The translations under genes were made by a program, and so were the position numbers. A stretch of DNA of 64,000 nt from Phoronis australis. Lineage: Eukaryota; Animalia; Phoronida. The stretch is taken from contig NMRA01000547.1 in the NCBI GenBank assembly GCA_002633005.1, positions 135,561-199,560 of the forward strand, in the 5' to 3' direction. Shown here piece by piece: positions 49,491 to 63,691 of this stretch. Position 1 is the first letter of the stretch, and each line of letters opens with the position of its first letter. The notes beneath the pieces are model-generated. The model was not told the DNA's origin. It did no database searches and worked only from the letters and a program-made list of their open reading frames with translations.

Positions 49491-50164
49491 CTGCAGTAAA
49501 AGTGGAAATTCATTTCATGAAGTAAGAGTTGCTGAATAAGGGGAAAGAGTCCTTTACTGGTATCCTGCATTATGATAACCAGTTTAGAGCTTGTTATTCA
49601 ATGGAGAAAACTGGTTCTCACAATGTGGGAACCCTGAAAGTCACTATTATTAAACAAGACACCATGATCTCACACAAAACAAGATACCAACATAAAAATA
49701 ATTGCCATTAGGGGCAATAACAGACTTCAATCAAATTCATGCCGCCATCCTACTTTTTAGAAGGACTATATCCTACGTGTAAGTTCATGCATGGCATGTT
49801 AAAGTACCATGCAGTGTTAATTTTAATTAACACTTAAAAGTCCAGGTCTTAAACTTAGCAGCCGTGAATCGTCCCGTTGACGTACCAAAGCACAAAAAAG
49901 GCTTCATCTCAAAACACAAACCAAAAATATGTTTTCCTCAGATGGCACTGCATTTTACTTTAAGTAAGATGAATAAAACAAGCAAGAAACAATTGTAACA
50001 CAGGGTGTTCGTAAGCACAGTGAGCCTTGCAAACGGCAACAAATACCATTTTCCTAACATTTCCACGAACTCAAGTAAGCAGCACCAATGAACACAAAAT
50101 TGAATTTTTGGGACGCAGTGGAAGTTATCCAAAATTGGTCAAGGCAATCCTCGTAGAAATAGAG

Positions 50165-51627
50165 ATTGACACAAAAAACTCCAAAATTACCAGTTGAAGA
50201 CAAAGGGAAATGAAATTATCACAAAGTTATCACAACACTGTGTCTTCAGGGTGTCATCAACAAGTCTACAAAGTACCTCAGAGAAATATAAAAAATTATG
50301 GAAGTGCTGTGAAATTCATCGTGTTCATGCTGTGCTGGCATCTGCCAGTCAAACAATTGCCTGCTTGGGTTTCAAGTCTATTGTTTTTTTATTGTCAGAT
50401 CTGTAGCCAAATCAGTTCTGTCCAATATTCTGGTTTGTAAGGATGCCTTTGAGTGAAAGTGATGAATTTACTATTGAAACCTGTTTCAAGGGAAAAGGGT
50501 GGGGAGGAAGAATTGTAATGGAGTTCCCTGGAAAAGGGTGGAGATGTACCACTGTAAATAAAACAACACAAAACAACTTCAAAAGGGCAGTAGGAATCCC
50601 AAGACTGCCTGTTCGTAAGAAAACGAGGATCTTGTTGAGGAACTGATTCAATCCCAGGAGGAAAACCCGGGAATCCCAAATCTCTGAGAAGTCACAAGCG
50701 AATTACAAATGAGCAAGTCTTCTGTGCAAAGAACAGCGAAAAAACTAGAGCTAAAATCCTTCAAAAGAATGTGGGTATGAGATATAAAAATTTTAGAATA
50801 AAAAGAAAAAACCTTGATGCCCATTCTTGCATGACCGTTATTCAGCCACTGATGTGAAAACAATCATTTTCAATGATGAAAAAGACTTTACGCTTAAGAA
50901 ATTGCCAAATGACAGTGTTCATGGGAAACACTTATCATGAGACTTTTAGATTTTCCAAAAAAGTAATGGTTTCCGCTGGAGTATCCTGGGAGAAAAAACA
51001 AAGTTATTTTATTGACACCAAAAGAGCAAAACTTAACAATCAAAGCTACATGCAGTTATTGGATGAAAATCTTTCAAGGATTGCAGGCAACTTTATTCTA
51101 GAAACAATTACGTGTTTCAGCAAGATGGGGCTCTTTCACACACAAGAAAAAACCCAAGCTCATCTAGAGGAGACCCACCAAAATTCATCAAAAAGGATGA
51201 ATGGCACGCATTCAGTCCCGACTGCAATCCAATGGACTATGCCATATGGAGCTCTCTGAAGGAAGACGTTTACCACGGAATGAGAGACAAATTGACTGAA
51301 CAAGAGTTAGAAGACAGGATAATTATGTCATGGGAGGAAATCTCAATTGAAGAAAAAAGGGAAACCATATCTGGTTCGACGAAACAGCTCAGTTTAGTCG
51401 TGGCAGAAGATGGAGGCCACAATGAAAAATTAACTGAAATAAGCAAGTCTCCCTTTGATATTTTATTTTTTGATCAGATGTTTTGACAATACTCCCACAA
51501 CTGGACAATTTGCACATTTGTTGATGATATCCTAAAGTTCATCTGTAAGAAATTTGAAAAAATTTGGTTTATCTGTTGCTGAGAAATTACTTGTCAAAAA
51601 GTGGCTCGCACTTTTGGGCCCTCCTGA
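50165..51627 (+). mobile_element. Decayed Tc1/mariner-superfamily transposon (maT/DD37D-like); transposase remnant ~50443-51430
   Basis: FNDEKDF, VMVSAGVSW, FQQDGA.SHT, W...SPDCNPMDYAIW across frameshifts; right end gggccctcctg-ata; left TIR degraded. Confidence 0.85.
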
Positions 51628-51869
51628 TATTTATGGGAGCATAAAATCAAAGAGTAAATCAATACATAGAATTGCGTTACATATTATATAGAATCTTACT
51701 TTTACCAGCATTAAAGGAAAACGTTACTACTTGCTCTTGAGATATCACATTAACAAACATGTGCTTCACGCAAAGCGGAGGAAAAAAAATATTGGTTATG
51801 AGCAGGATTGCGCATTCAAGTAACAATGTTCGACTTCATGATTTGGCCACTAGTAGACACCAGCATTAC

Positions 51870-51985
51870 CTGACTGCATTCAGTGCCACCTCTTCACTGG
51901 TCGTCTGAGGCAAAAGTCGGAACAACTGATTAAGCACGGTTGGCAGGAAATTGATGAGCGTACTCACATCAACAGCATGCAAACT
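51870..51985 (-). CDS. DOCK9: DOCK9/10/11-like exon (SLHAVDVSTLINFLPTVLNQLFRLLPQTTSEEVALNAV-R), phase 0-2
   Basis: Acceptor tcttttcag, donor gtaatg; strong similarity to DOCK9 SLHAMEGHVMIAFLPTILNQLFRVL. Confidence 0.95.
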
Positions 51986-52152
51986 CTGAAAAGACAGCAT
52001 TGGCACAATACAATCATGCATTTTGTAGATCAACATTTTCATAAGATGACATTTTCATGTAACTTTCAGACACTTAAATTATGCAAAACCTGTGCAGAAT
52101 GGCAATACAAAAAGGCAACCTGAACACTGTAACACAAGGTATCAGAAAAGTT

Positions 52153-52529
52153 CAGGGGTACCATAGAATCATACACATCTTACGCATGGACCACCTATGA
52201 ACCTACAAATCATGCTTACAAACCCTTGAATCATGCATATCATGCACACAAACCACAAAAATCATACATACGAACACAAAATCATACACACAAGCATCGA
52301 ATCACACACACTAACACTTCATTGTTTGCTGGTTGAGTGCATGATTCAGATGCTCATGTGTTTGATTTGTGTTCGTACGTGCAATTTTTTTCGTGGTTCG
52401 TGCTCATTATATTTATTTGTATGCGTGATTCATGGGTTCGAATGGATGATTCATGGATTTGTATTCATGATTAATAGGTGGTTTGTGTATACGATGTGAT
52501 GTTCCTGCATATGATTCTATGGTACCCTG
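52153..52529. mobile_element. Foldback-type palindromic MITE with internal aatcat subrepeats
   Basis: TIR cagg(g)gtaccatagaatcata; arms complementary along most of their length; flanked by aagtt on both sides. Confidence 0.8.
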
Positions 52530-53929
52530 AAGTTGACTTCCAACCAGTGTTTATCTTAATGGATCAAACTGTAGATTGAAAGGGAGGGGATTAATGCACC
52601 AGCATATCCCCAATGATCCTGTCCATGACAGGTATTATTACAGGTATTATTGAAAGAGAACAATAGGGATTAGTGGCAGGTATCCACTCCAGTAATGCCA
52701 TCAGGACACTTGCAAAGGTATTAGTGATGTCCATTGGCATGTAAATTGTTGAGGCAAAAATCCTCTCAAATGGGAGTGAAACACCTGTGAAATGTTCAAA
52801 TGTCTAAATATTTGGCCTGTATTCAGTGTGGGAATCACACATGAATTGCACGAGTATAAATCATGCAGTACACGTGAGGACTGCGGCTAATGCTTGTCAT
52901 TGCATGACACGGATCAATGTTCGTGTCCTGATCCTGATGGATGTGAACACAGTATGTAACCCTTATGTCTTTCAGAACGTGCAATTGCATCTCATTTTTG
53001 TAGTGAACAATGTGAAAAGTGCAAAATAAAACGTGAACAGGAATTAGCTGAAATCGTACATTTTGCCACGCCACTTCGTGAGCCAAGGCGTGCTAAACCA
53101 TAGTGCAAATGTCAGCGCAGCTATAGACTGATCACCAGATTTGGACATCGACCAAGTGTGGCAATTCAACTTGAGGCAAATCTTGGCTATGTTCCGGTAA
53201 AGTCGCGCAATTTTGGAACACTCACAATTAATTCCCGTAGAACAAATTCATTCTTGGTCGAATATTGCAGGACAAGATTTTTGTGAAAAAAAAATTAAAA
53301 AAAAAAGATTTTTGTGGTGTCCAAATTTGGTGGACCTCCAACATGTGCCTTTCACTGTTGTCTGAATTTGGTGAGCTAAATCTCTTCAAAAAATTTCGTC
53401 ATGGGCATTATGAATAGAGAATAGATTTGTCGACGAGAAATAAATAGTTTTACGTATTTTCGTAACTTGCGAAAGAAAAAGGCATTATAATATGTATACT
53501 TAAATTCAAGCCAGCTGAGCCCATTCCTGTCACTCAAACCTTGAGATTGAATTATATTGGAGAAAGGATACTGGACTTGCATCGCTCTGGCGCAAAGGGG
53601 TTTTTTCCACTGTTAAGACTCGTCACAGTACGTTTGGTTAAAAAAGTGTGCTTTCTCAATTAAACGAATTTTGGGCAAAATTTAACCTTTATGGATGTGG
53701 GAATGAGCACAATGAAGTAAGTGATAAACAATGACGAGAACAGAGTATACATTTAAATTTGCTCAACCTATTCGTGCATTGTTTGCTAATTACAAAACAA
53801 AACGCAAGTTAACTATGACATGTTTGTTTCCATATTAACTGAAAGCACAGTTTCAACATGAAAACGAATGAACAAACACGATATCAAAATGAGTAGTTTC
53901 TCATTCACTCTCGATCACCGGATCGTTTT

Positions 53930-54860
53930 AGTTGTTGAAGAAGCGCACCGGACTGGATTACTTAATGACTATTGCAAATAAGCGTGTTAAGAGCAAGGTT
54001 TACAGGAAGCCCACTCACACGGACTACTATCTACCATTTGATTCCACCACTCTTTGATCCACAAACTGGGCGTGATTGGAACTTTAAACTATCGTGCGAC
54101 AATTATCCTCAACACAGAAGAGGCCATTGATGCTGAGTCAGATTATAACACAACTGTGTTAAAGAGATGAGGTTATCCTGATTGGTCATTCCCTAAGACA
54201 GACCATCGCGAGGTCAGGCCACACAACGCACAGCTTGACAACTGGAGGGACATCAGAATAACGTTCTTTTTATGCCAGGGATCTCAGATCAGGTCAAATC
54301 TCATATGAGGGGCCACAATATCTCTGTTTCATTTAAGCCCGTTAACACCATAAGGAATCAGCTGATGAATATGAAGGATAAGACCGTGAAAGAGAAAAAA
54401 TTTGATGAAGTGTATGGTATTTCAGGCTCGGATCCAGGATGCAAAGAATCATATATTGGTGAAACCAAACAAGCCTTGAAAAGTCGGATCAGTCAACAAT
54501 GCAGGCCCAGTTACAGAGATTGTTATGATTCGGTGGTATTCTCCCACATGGCTGGTAAGGACCATTCTTTCTGCATGGAGGATGTCACTATTCTAGATAG
54601 GGAAGAAAACTGGTTCAGGCGTGAGGTTAAGGAGGCAATATAAGAAAGAGTGGAGAATCCCAATTTAAACAGACAAGGGGGCTTGAGATTTCTGTTACGA
54701 AGAACTTGGGATAGGGCGCTAAAGAGTATCCCGCGCAAACTGTGCTATCGATCACATGATGAGTCACGTGACACCTCAGTGGCCTGCCGAAGTCTTCGAG
54801 ATGAGGACGCTAGCTAACGCAATCCGTAAGTCCAGTAATTGATTTATTTTTTCATATTAC
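53930..54860 (+). mobile_element. 5'-truncated Penelope-like element (RT C-terminus, GIY-YIG domain, pLTR)
   Basis: VYRKPTHTD.YL.FDS, KLGVI.TL, GYP.W, VSFKPVNTIR, YIGETKQ, ILDREENWFRREVKEAI, LNRQGG; decayed hammerhead-like core at 54784-54812. Confidence 0.9.
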
Positions 54861-56659
54861 TCATTCAGGTAGCTTGGGCTATTGTAACCTGGGTGCAAGA
54901 TAACAGTACCATTTGTTCTGATCGTCCTCAGGATCTATGTCGACTGTTTTCATTTCACTGCAGCATATATTTGCTAGAGTTACCGACAATAGTTCCGATA
55001 GTTCTTCCTATAGCTCTCCGCTAATAGACTTCATGCAGTTCTGCTCAAGTTTCGAGTATGAAAAGTCGTGAGTTTCCTCAAATCTCATTATGTGTACAGA
55101 AATGTTGTTGAAGAATAACAGTCTATCAAAAACTATTGTCCACCATTGAAATGAAGAGGGAAAATAACGAAATAAATATGGAAACACTAAAACAGCTGGC
55201 GCATCACCTGGGGTATATAAAATAGAACAGTAATAATAAGGTATGTATTAAGTCAATTCTTTCGAATCAAACGCAATGAAATACACTTACAATTGAAATA
55301 CTCCTAAAACTATCTTAATGTAATACAAAAACAGGGCTTGATGCTATAAAAATCGCCAGGTTGCATTTTGTGACCTAGCCAAAATCCAGCTCCCATTCAC
55401 CAATGCCAGGTCGCAAAATTTACCTACCATTTTTACGCACCAAAATTTATTTTTTGACCATCGAGAAAATGTTTAGATTATGCTCTTACCCGCACAAATT
55501 TCAGGATGCAAAATTGGGTTTTATGTGCAGCTACAGCGTTATTGTTCTTCACAACCACCATTGAAAGGCTGTATAGCACAAGGCTAGTTGCCAATGTGAA
55601 ACTTGACTCAGTGCTTTCTAACCGACAGTGCATTCGAGTAGTTAAGTTTGCAATGTGAAAAGGGAGAAACTATTTGTTGAATAAGTATCTGTGGTTTTGC
55701 TAGGTCTGACCTGCTGTATGACTGTCATCAAAGTTGTTAAAGGTCCAAATTAACACTGAGCCCAAACTCCCTCCACTTTTTGTTTGCAGCACAAACTTAG
55801 CAACTTAATTCGACGTTTGAAAAATACCCTGTCAAAAAATCCATAAAACGTTGCCTAAGCCGAATGACATATTCAGATGCGCAGGAGCAATTAACTGCAA
55901 ATTTCACAACAAAAACGTGAAACTTCAGCTGTTTACGTACTCAACAATTAGTTTTCCATGAAGTGAAAAGCCTCGGAATAATTCCGTGAGGGTTTCCATC
56001 GTGTAATTTGCATCTGCTCCTAAATACCTTCCATGTACAGGAAAAATAGGTCACTCACAAAATGACACTAGTGTTAACTTTCTTTTGGAGGTAGAAAACA
56101 AAGCTGGGGTTTGTTTTTTACTTATTGAGGAGACTTTTGAAAACTGAATTTGTGTAAAATGAGAATGACCAAATAAATAGGCTGTGTGTCAATTTCAAAC
56201 CACGGGCGGACGTTTGTAGTGTGATATGGTGGGCGCTAGCTTGAACTGTGGGCGCTAAATTGGAAATTCTCAAAAAATTGAGGGGGAACGCTAAAAAGAG
56301 TAAGGAGCGCTTATTATGAAACATTCAAACATAGGGAGTAGGCACATGCATGAGCATAGTCATTAGCCCGACAAAATATTGAAAGATTGCAAAAGTAAGA
56401 AATGTGATTATAATACGATTTTGTTAGGCAAACTCTCAGGTGACTTTCTGGCTATCTTCACGACTTTAACGCTGCACCCTTTTTAACCCCCCCCGAATAA
56501 TGTTGTTTTAAATTGCCCGCTGCAGCCAGAACAAGATTTTCTCTATTGAAGTCAGAAAATTTTACAGCGTGGTCTGGGGACCAAAAAAATTGGCGGGGTG
56601 TATAAAGAGAAGAATTTAAAGTTCGCTAACCCCAATTTCGTATCTACCTGTTTAGCTTC

Positions 56660-57230
56660 AATAGCTGGCTATGGGCATAGAACATCAAGCCTATGCAACA
56701 TCGACCAGGGAAACATCGCAACAGGTAAATAACAGTTTTGTCACTTTAATCTTTTGATTTGCAGCTTTGGAGTGGTGCGCACGCGTGACCTCACACACTT
56801 GAATTGCCTACATTTTACGTTGGACACAACAGATGACAGACGACTCATATGTCGCACACGTAGTCCCAGAAACAAGTAAAGGGCTTGAGAATTTCTTGGT
56901 AACTCAAAAAATACTTTGTTGAAAGTAAAGACGTGGTTGCCGTATGGCGATTAATAAGACCGTCATTTACACATTCACTATCTTTTGTGCTAAAAAACGA
57001 GACGCACATGTCCACGTCAGGATCGCCTGTCAGGACCATTTACACGTTAACAATGGGACTGACCAGTGCCGCAGTGAAATATCAAGGATATTGTCGTGGA
57101 TAATACTTGAAAAACAAACCTTTTTACATCACAAACTTTGGTAAGTTGATCGTTTAAGAATTAGTAGAAACCGCCATTTTGTGACATTTTATCACGTGTT
57201 ATGCCGTGCTTCAAAACATTTTTGCCGCGC
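56660..57230 (+). mobile_element. Old internal fragment of the Tc2/pogo-like MITE family
   Basis: gctatgggcatagaacatca (compare ~15016) and gggactgaccagtgccgcagtg (compare ~28482-28504). Confidence 0.55.
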
Positions 57231-60190
57231 ATCCGCAAATTTACAAAAGTAGCTGAAAATGCTAGCCAATTAAATGCATCAAAGATCGATTCTGCATCAT
57301 CTCATTACCACACAACATGTTTACAAGTCATCAGGAGAGCTGTTCTCCGTTAGTTCTTTTGAACTTGATTTGGCAACAACCAAATCACGGTAGGATTCAC
57401 ACGAGTTGCTTTGTATTTGCCAGCCATCTGCCGAGTAGAGTAAAAACTCAGCTCGCAAATGTTGGAAATTCCAGGTCACATTTTGCAACCTGATACGAGC
57501 TGGCAAAAATCCCAGCTCATATTTCCAAATTTTAGGTCTCAAATGCAACCTACAGCACGTTATGTCAAGGCCGGAAAAAGCATGTTCTGTAGTTTAAGAT
57601 CAAGCTTATTTTTTGTCTCAAAACTATGAACTGAAGGTGGTGACATGGACAAGAAGACAAGGTCCTGCGGAAGCTCGAAATGTCAAAACACAGATTAGGT
57701 TTCAGGCCCATTGCATCAGACTGCAGGTCCGGTTTTCTTGTTCAGGCTACCCCTAGGACCACAAGAAGCAGCGACATTTTCCTTATCCGAAATTCATGGA
57801 ACAGAAGTCCGATATTTGTGACATAGTCTGAAATTTGTGGGCCATTGAAAAACAGTTTTGGACCTTGCACACATTTCGTGAACCATAGAAAACTCATTTC
57901 GGAAATATCTATTCTTCTCTCAAAATGGCAGGCCATCCGAAAATGGCGCAAATTAACTGTAATATACCACTTTTTCAAAGATGATGTCCAAGATATGACA
58001 TCATACTTGTTTAACTTGCCACTTCACAGTTTTGACGTATTATTTGCATTCAACCACTTCACGAAGGTGCAGAAACAACCTTTTTCAAGTTTGTGTACTT
58101 GCCAATATAACATTAAATGTAGCAACTTCCTAATGTTCATGGAAAGATCAACCATCGACCTCTTTTTTCATGTCCCCCCTCACATTATTGACTTTTTCTC
58201 AGAAAGCCAACAGGAATTGTGTAATATTTTATAGCACAATTCAAAGGGACTAAGAGGAGAAATTTTCAAACAAATATCAATAAACAAATTACAGTGCTCT
58301 GAGGAATAATACTTGGCAAAATCACATGAAAAACTTAAGAAGTGAGGGCGGTGACAAAACCAAGAACATCAATGACCAAGACACCAATGTACAGTAAACA
58401 ACAAACCAACAATGCATTAATGAATCTGTTAATAAAAGAACAGTCAACAAATCAGAAAATTTCAAATGATTGAAAACAGTTAATGGTGGCGAGAAACCAA
58501 CAACACACTTCAGATAGCACATGAGGAGATCCCCAAATTTCGGAAAAATTCCTCATAGAATAGCAGAGCTATGGCTCCACAATTACTTGAAAAATGGCAG
58601 CCACAGTGCCATCTTGCATCCAATTTTGTCCAAAAACCACCATACAAAAATGCTACCTTTAGCATGAGAATGACACACCAACAAAATTGCAGCATGGAAC
58701 AAGTCAACAAGAGAAGCCATTTGAGCAGTAAATCTAGAAAATGTCCTGAGAACAAGGCAGAGTGACAAATGAATGGCATGATGCAGATAGCACTTGACGA
58801 TATCTATCCACATATTTAATTTCAGGAAACCTCTGGAGATATGACGCAAAAATCAAGAACTGGTAAGCTACACTGTTCTTTCTTTAAACGTAGCTTTGCA
58901 AGTTCTCCAATCAAAAGAAGATGATCATTTAACAGGTAATTTTTAATATACGAACCAAAACTGAAACGCAGACTCTAATGGGGCTGACGGAGATATTTTC
59001 CCAAATTGTGTATTTCTTTATCAGATTGGTAGAAAGCAGCGGGAGTAGTTTTCCTACGAGCGGCTCTGTTTTCAAGGACAACCAACACTTTACAATTGTA
59101 TCGATATCTATTAGCTGAGCCAGACAAAATTTTGAAGTTTTGAAAGTGATAACTAAACACAAAACAAGCACGATAAACTGGTGCATCCCCAATTTTGGAA
59201 AATAATCCCAAAACATGACTCTAGAAAACCTAGCACAATCAGGTTAAGTAGTAGAGTATGTCAGGACATTTTTCAGAATTTAGGTTTCAGCAAACGTGAG
59301 ATGCTACGCCAAGAAACCAAACAGTTAACTCACTAGTACATTCATTTGCATAAAAAACAACACAAAGCTTATCTGAACTGCTTTCTTTAAGTTCTACTTA
59401 TTCCAACATAACCGGATTCATGATGAGTCGATCATCAAACTCATCATGCGACAATTTGTTGTCATCAGGCGACTCGTCGCTATCACAAAATTCGTCCTCC
59501 TCTCCATCCGCAAAGTATTCTTCAATGAGTTCAAATAACTCTTGCTGATCTTAATACAGCAGACCGCGGCAAGAGTTAATCGGATATCAGCCACACAGCG
59601 ATCAGCCAACCTACTGTCTTGTTAACATGCTGTGACCACACAACCTCACGCCCACTTGAAATTATGATTGGACGAAAAACTCAACAAGCTTACTACATGT
59701 ATCATAAGCAGAGTTTGACCTTTATCTTGATATGTTTATGAGTGAACTGGGTCGTCAGATGCTTGAGCAAAGCAGTCACGAATACTGGCAAATTTTGATG
59801 AAAATTTCACAAGCTATCCAGTTGTGGAAAAGGTGATGTTTTTCAAAATGAAATAAGGTTTAAAATAAAATTTGCTTGTTTTAAAGCCATGTTTTGTGAC
59901 GTAGAATGAATAAATAATAATCTACAAGAAAAAATTGACCTAATTTTCACCGAAAGCCACTGTTCGCAGTCTGGTCAGGAAATAGGATTTCTGACTTAAG
60001 ACTCACTTAGTTGTGTTAGGTCATATATATGACCTTGATATGATCTTGAACAATTAGATTAAGGAAATTTGGTCATGTTATTGTTACAGTTGTTTTGCTA
60101 TGAATGTACCTGTTTTTGCTAAATTATACAGAAAAGAGTCACAACACCTAATTAATGAGAGATGGGTATGTTAAAATTTGTTCAGGCTTC

Positions 60191-60823
60191 GAAAATGACA
60201 ACTGAGACGCGATTCATGATCCAAGTTGTCATCATTTCGGTTTAGTGACATAAAACCATCATCAGGAAGCAACGTCACTAACCAGCAATACAACCAAAAC
60301 AGAATAATACTAAGCCATATGACCCAACATTTCGGTTGAGTAAGCTCTCAGCACAAGTCTGTTTGATGTGAATAGATTCATGGATAAACATCTTGGAACT
60401 TGTTAGGGTCTTTGTCTAGCATCTTGACTCCATAAAAAGCCCATCTCATGACCAGTTAACACTTTGTGAGGAAACAGAGCACTGTTGGGGTCTTTAGCAT
60501 GCTCACTTACCCCAACAGTGCTCTATTTACTCACTCAGTGTTAACTGATAATGAGATTGGCTTTTCTGGAGTTGAGATGCTAGACAATGACCCTAACAAG
60601 TTCAAGCTATTGTATCCCTGAATCTATTCACATCAAACAGACTTGTGCTGAGAGCTCACTTAACACACTAGTCCCTTACCAGTACTACTCATGCATTGTG
60701 ATGATCAGTTAGTGTTTTGGTTGTTTTGCTGGTTATTGACATTGCTTCCTGATGATGATTTTATGTCAATAAACCGAAATGTTGTCAACTTGGATCATGA
60801 ATCGCGTCTCAGTTTTCATTTTC
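60191..60823. mobile_element. Inverted pair of Penelope-like 3' ends forming a ~630-bp foldback
   Basis: Arms 60191-60491 and 60509-60823 are complementary apart from one unpaired internal segment. The right arm reads SALFTH...EIGFSGVEMLDNDPNKFKLLY/ESIHIK (GIY-YIG C-terminus), then CTGATGA..GAAA. Confidence 0.85.
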
Positions 60824-62219
60824 AACTTTCTCCTGTTACTATGGCCGAAAACTAGTTTTATCTTCAGGCATCCTTTTTCAGAAAATACATACAGTGAGTT
60901 AGAATCTACAGCTATGTTGATATTTGGCTAACTAACTTGTTAATAAGGCTCCACATAACCTTAATGACATGGAAATATAAAGGTAATAAGAAGAAATCTA
61001 ATCAGAGTTTGACTAAAATACTCTAAAAACTTAAAGAAACAGATGTTAAATAAAACCCTATGAACGACTCTTGTTTTGGAAATTGGTGACATACTACATA
61101 TTAAACTAAATGTGACTTGATCGATCCTGCCGTTGTCAAGCATTTTGTCATTATTTATAGAGTATCCTGAGTTCTGTTCCACGCTGCTTGTTATGCCCAT
61201 TGAAATAAAATCAGCCATTATGTCCAGTATTTTGTTTTGAATGAGGGACAATGTTACTAAATACATACACGTTATTTTGCATAAAAACTGCACAGAAAGC
61301 ACGAGGCCTGGCATTTGCCAATACCACTAGTAAAATTTAATTAATGTTGAAATCTCGTTACCAAATTTCGTTGATTTTTGTTGCCTCAGGAATGGCTGGT
61401 CTGTGTTAGTTTCCTTGGCATTCAATTTGTCAATTTGTCCAAAAAATAATGGGCTTCATTTTTGCCATGATTATTACAACTCCCTTTTCCTAGAGCTTTC
61501 ATCGTACTCCTATGATTTGGTAATACGTGCAGTCAGTTCAAAGTGCACTGTATTTCTTACCCCCCCCCCCCAAAAAAATTGAGGTAAATGTTTTCTATGA
61601 TTTTTTCAGTACAGTTGTGTGGTTTAAAGAATTCCCTGCAGGAGCATTTGATGATTGCTTTTCTCTGGCATCCCTTAGTCCACATTCAGTTCTGCTCCAG
61701 AAAATCTCTTTTGAGATTGTTCTACCAGGCAATATAAACATGAGCATTCAATACAAAAATGCCCTTTCATACTGATGGTCTGAGTGGAGAGTGGAAGTAA
61801 ACTGCAGAGTTAATTGAACCATTCATACAGGCTGGCTTCTGTAGTTAATGGATATCTAAGTAAATGATAGGTGACATTGTCATCATCGAAGGTAGCGCTG
61901 ATGTATTGCATGCATGCTAAGATATTTTTAATATGACAATTTGAGTACATTCATAAGTTCTAATTGACCTAAAACTTGTATCTAATTCAATTGGTGATTA
62001 TTCAAGAAAAATATAAGCAACTGTTAGCGACGACACTGCATTGCCCTTTAGTTGTTGATGATAACAGTGGCCCCTGTAGATAGCTTTGACAGGACCAAAG
62101 TTGATCATTTATACCTCACCGCAGCGTCGACGATCAGCTTTTAAATCCACCACTGCGAAGTTACGTGGCACTGTTAATTTCGATCCACGACCGAAGTTAA
62201 CCATTCATACTGACCGCAA

Positions 62220-63042
62220 TTCTTAGCTACTCGTCCAGTCACCAATGTGAGTAAAAATACTTTTGGGTGAATAGAAGTTCACTCGCCAGTCGCCAATGCA
62301 GCTGACAAATTTTCAGAGTGCAATAACACTCTATCATTTCCCAGATGAAAATCAACATATTTTCTCTTCCATGTGCTGTTTTTATCATGAATTTAAGGTT
62401 AAGTTTGGTCCGCATCTCGATGCTCCAGCAGTAAAAAACATTGACACAATGTGCTCCTTCCAAGACAATCTGATGTTAATGGAGTCAGTAGATGTTAATC
62501 ATTGTATTTGTCTACACAAAAGGTCACAGTGAGTGGTCCTGCACAAAGGAAACTGGCCACTGGGTGACGCAATATTTCATGATGTCAAAGCCAACTCAAA
62601 AGATCTGGCCGCAATTTTAGCAGCAGAATAACGGCAGAGTGTCAATTTTTCCAAGAACGGTAAATAATTTAGTGTAATCAAGGAAGAGTGTTACAGTAGT
62701 TTTTAATGACATTAATTTTGTGTCCTATTTAATCTGGTCATTTTTTACCCACATCAGCACAAAGCTGCATAGCTAGTGAATAACTTGCACAAAGGCTAAG
62801 TCTTGTGTTGCTGGCAATTCATCAACGTCGAAAGTTTCTTGGTAGGAATTCTGCATTTTCTAAAAGTGATACTCAAAGCCCTAGTAGATGGTGACATTAA
62901 CACATGAAACAATCATTTTTATTGACATTGGCAGCAAGTTTGTGGTGACCGACGCGAAACGTCCAGGCGACTGAACTTTGAGCTGGGCGAGTAGATTTTT
63001 TGGCTCACTCGCCCAGCAGACGAGTAGGGTTTTGAAACCTGG
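62220..63042 (-). mobile_element. Possible highly decayed hAT element
   Basis: Subterminal actcgcc/ggcgagt motifs at both ends; - strand peptides GFDIMKY..TQW and IVLEG weakly resemble the hAT dimerisation domain. Confidence 0.35.
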
Positions 63043-63691
63043 GTATATCCCTGCAACTCCCCAAAACATTGATGCGTATGAAAGGGCCTTAACTGTACTC
63101 TAATGTGTGTTGCAAGGGCATGCTATGTTCATGTTCAAAATGAACTTTGATACGTTTTTTTTAAAATTAATGGTGGTTCCTGCACGCAATGATTTACACA
63201 AGAGTAAAGAAAGAGGCTACCTCCAAAAAATGAGTAGTAATATGCCATATTATTCCTTTCCTCAGCACTTTCTTAGTCATATATGTGAACACTTGATATG
63301 CATCTCACATGCCCAAAAATTTTCAAAATTTTGCCCAAATCTAGAGGGAACTGCGTTTTCATCACGCCCCGCCCATATGCCTATGCATCAGGTTTCAGGG
63401 TCTAACAAGCTGTTTTGACAATGGCCACTGGACGGAAAATAACAGATTGAAAATTGCAATGGCCAACCAGGATTATATGGTTACTGAATGTCATTGGTAT
63501 CCAGAAAGTGGTTGAGAAACGAACAAACCAGCAGAAGTAACCACAGATCAGATGGATGGAATGCCAACCACATGCACTAAAATGAGGACAAATGCTGACA
63601 ATGGCACGTCTTCCAATGCACCTCACCTAGGAGAAATAACAGAGAAAAATTGATGGAGAAAGCACAAGTCAAACGCACACATTTAACTCAC

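Noticed and set aside
55332-57572. Large hAT-like element bounded by cagggcttga / tcaaggccgg
   Set aside because: The ends are degenerate, there is no matching 8-bp TSD and the interior is a patchwork of other repeats.
63402-63626. 74-aa ORF after an AG-GTGAG site near the first exon
   Set aside because: No DOCK-like or other recognisable sequence in any frame.
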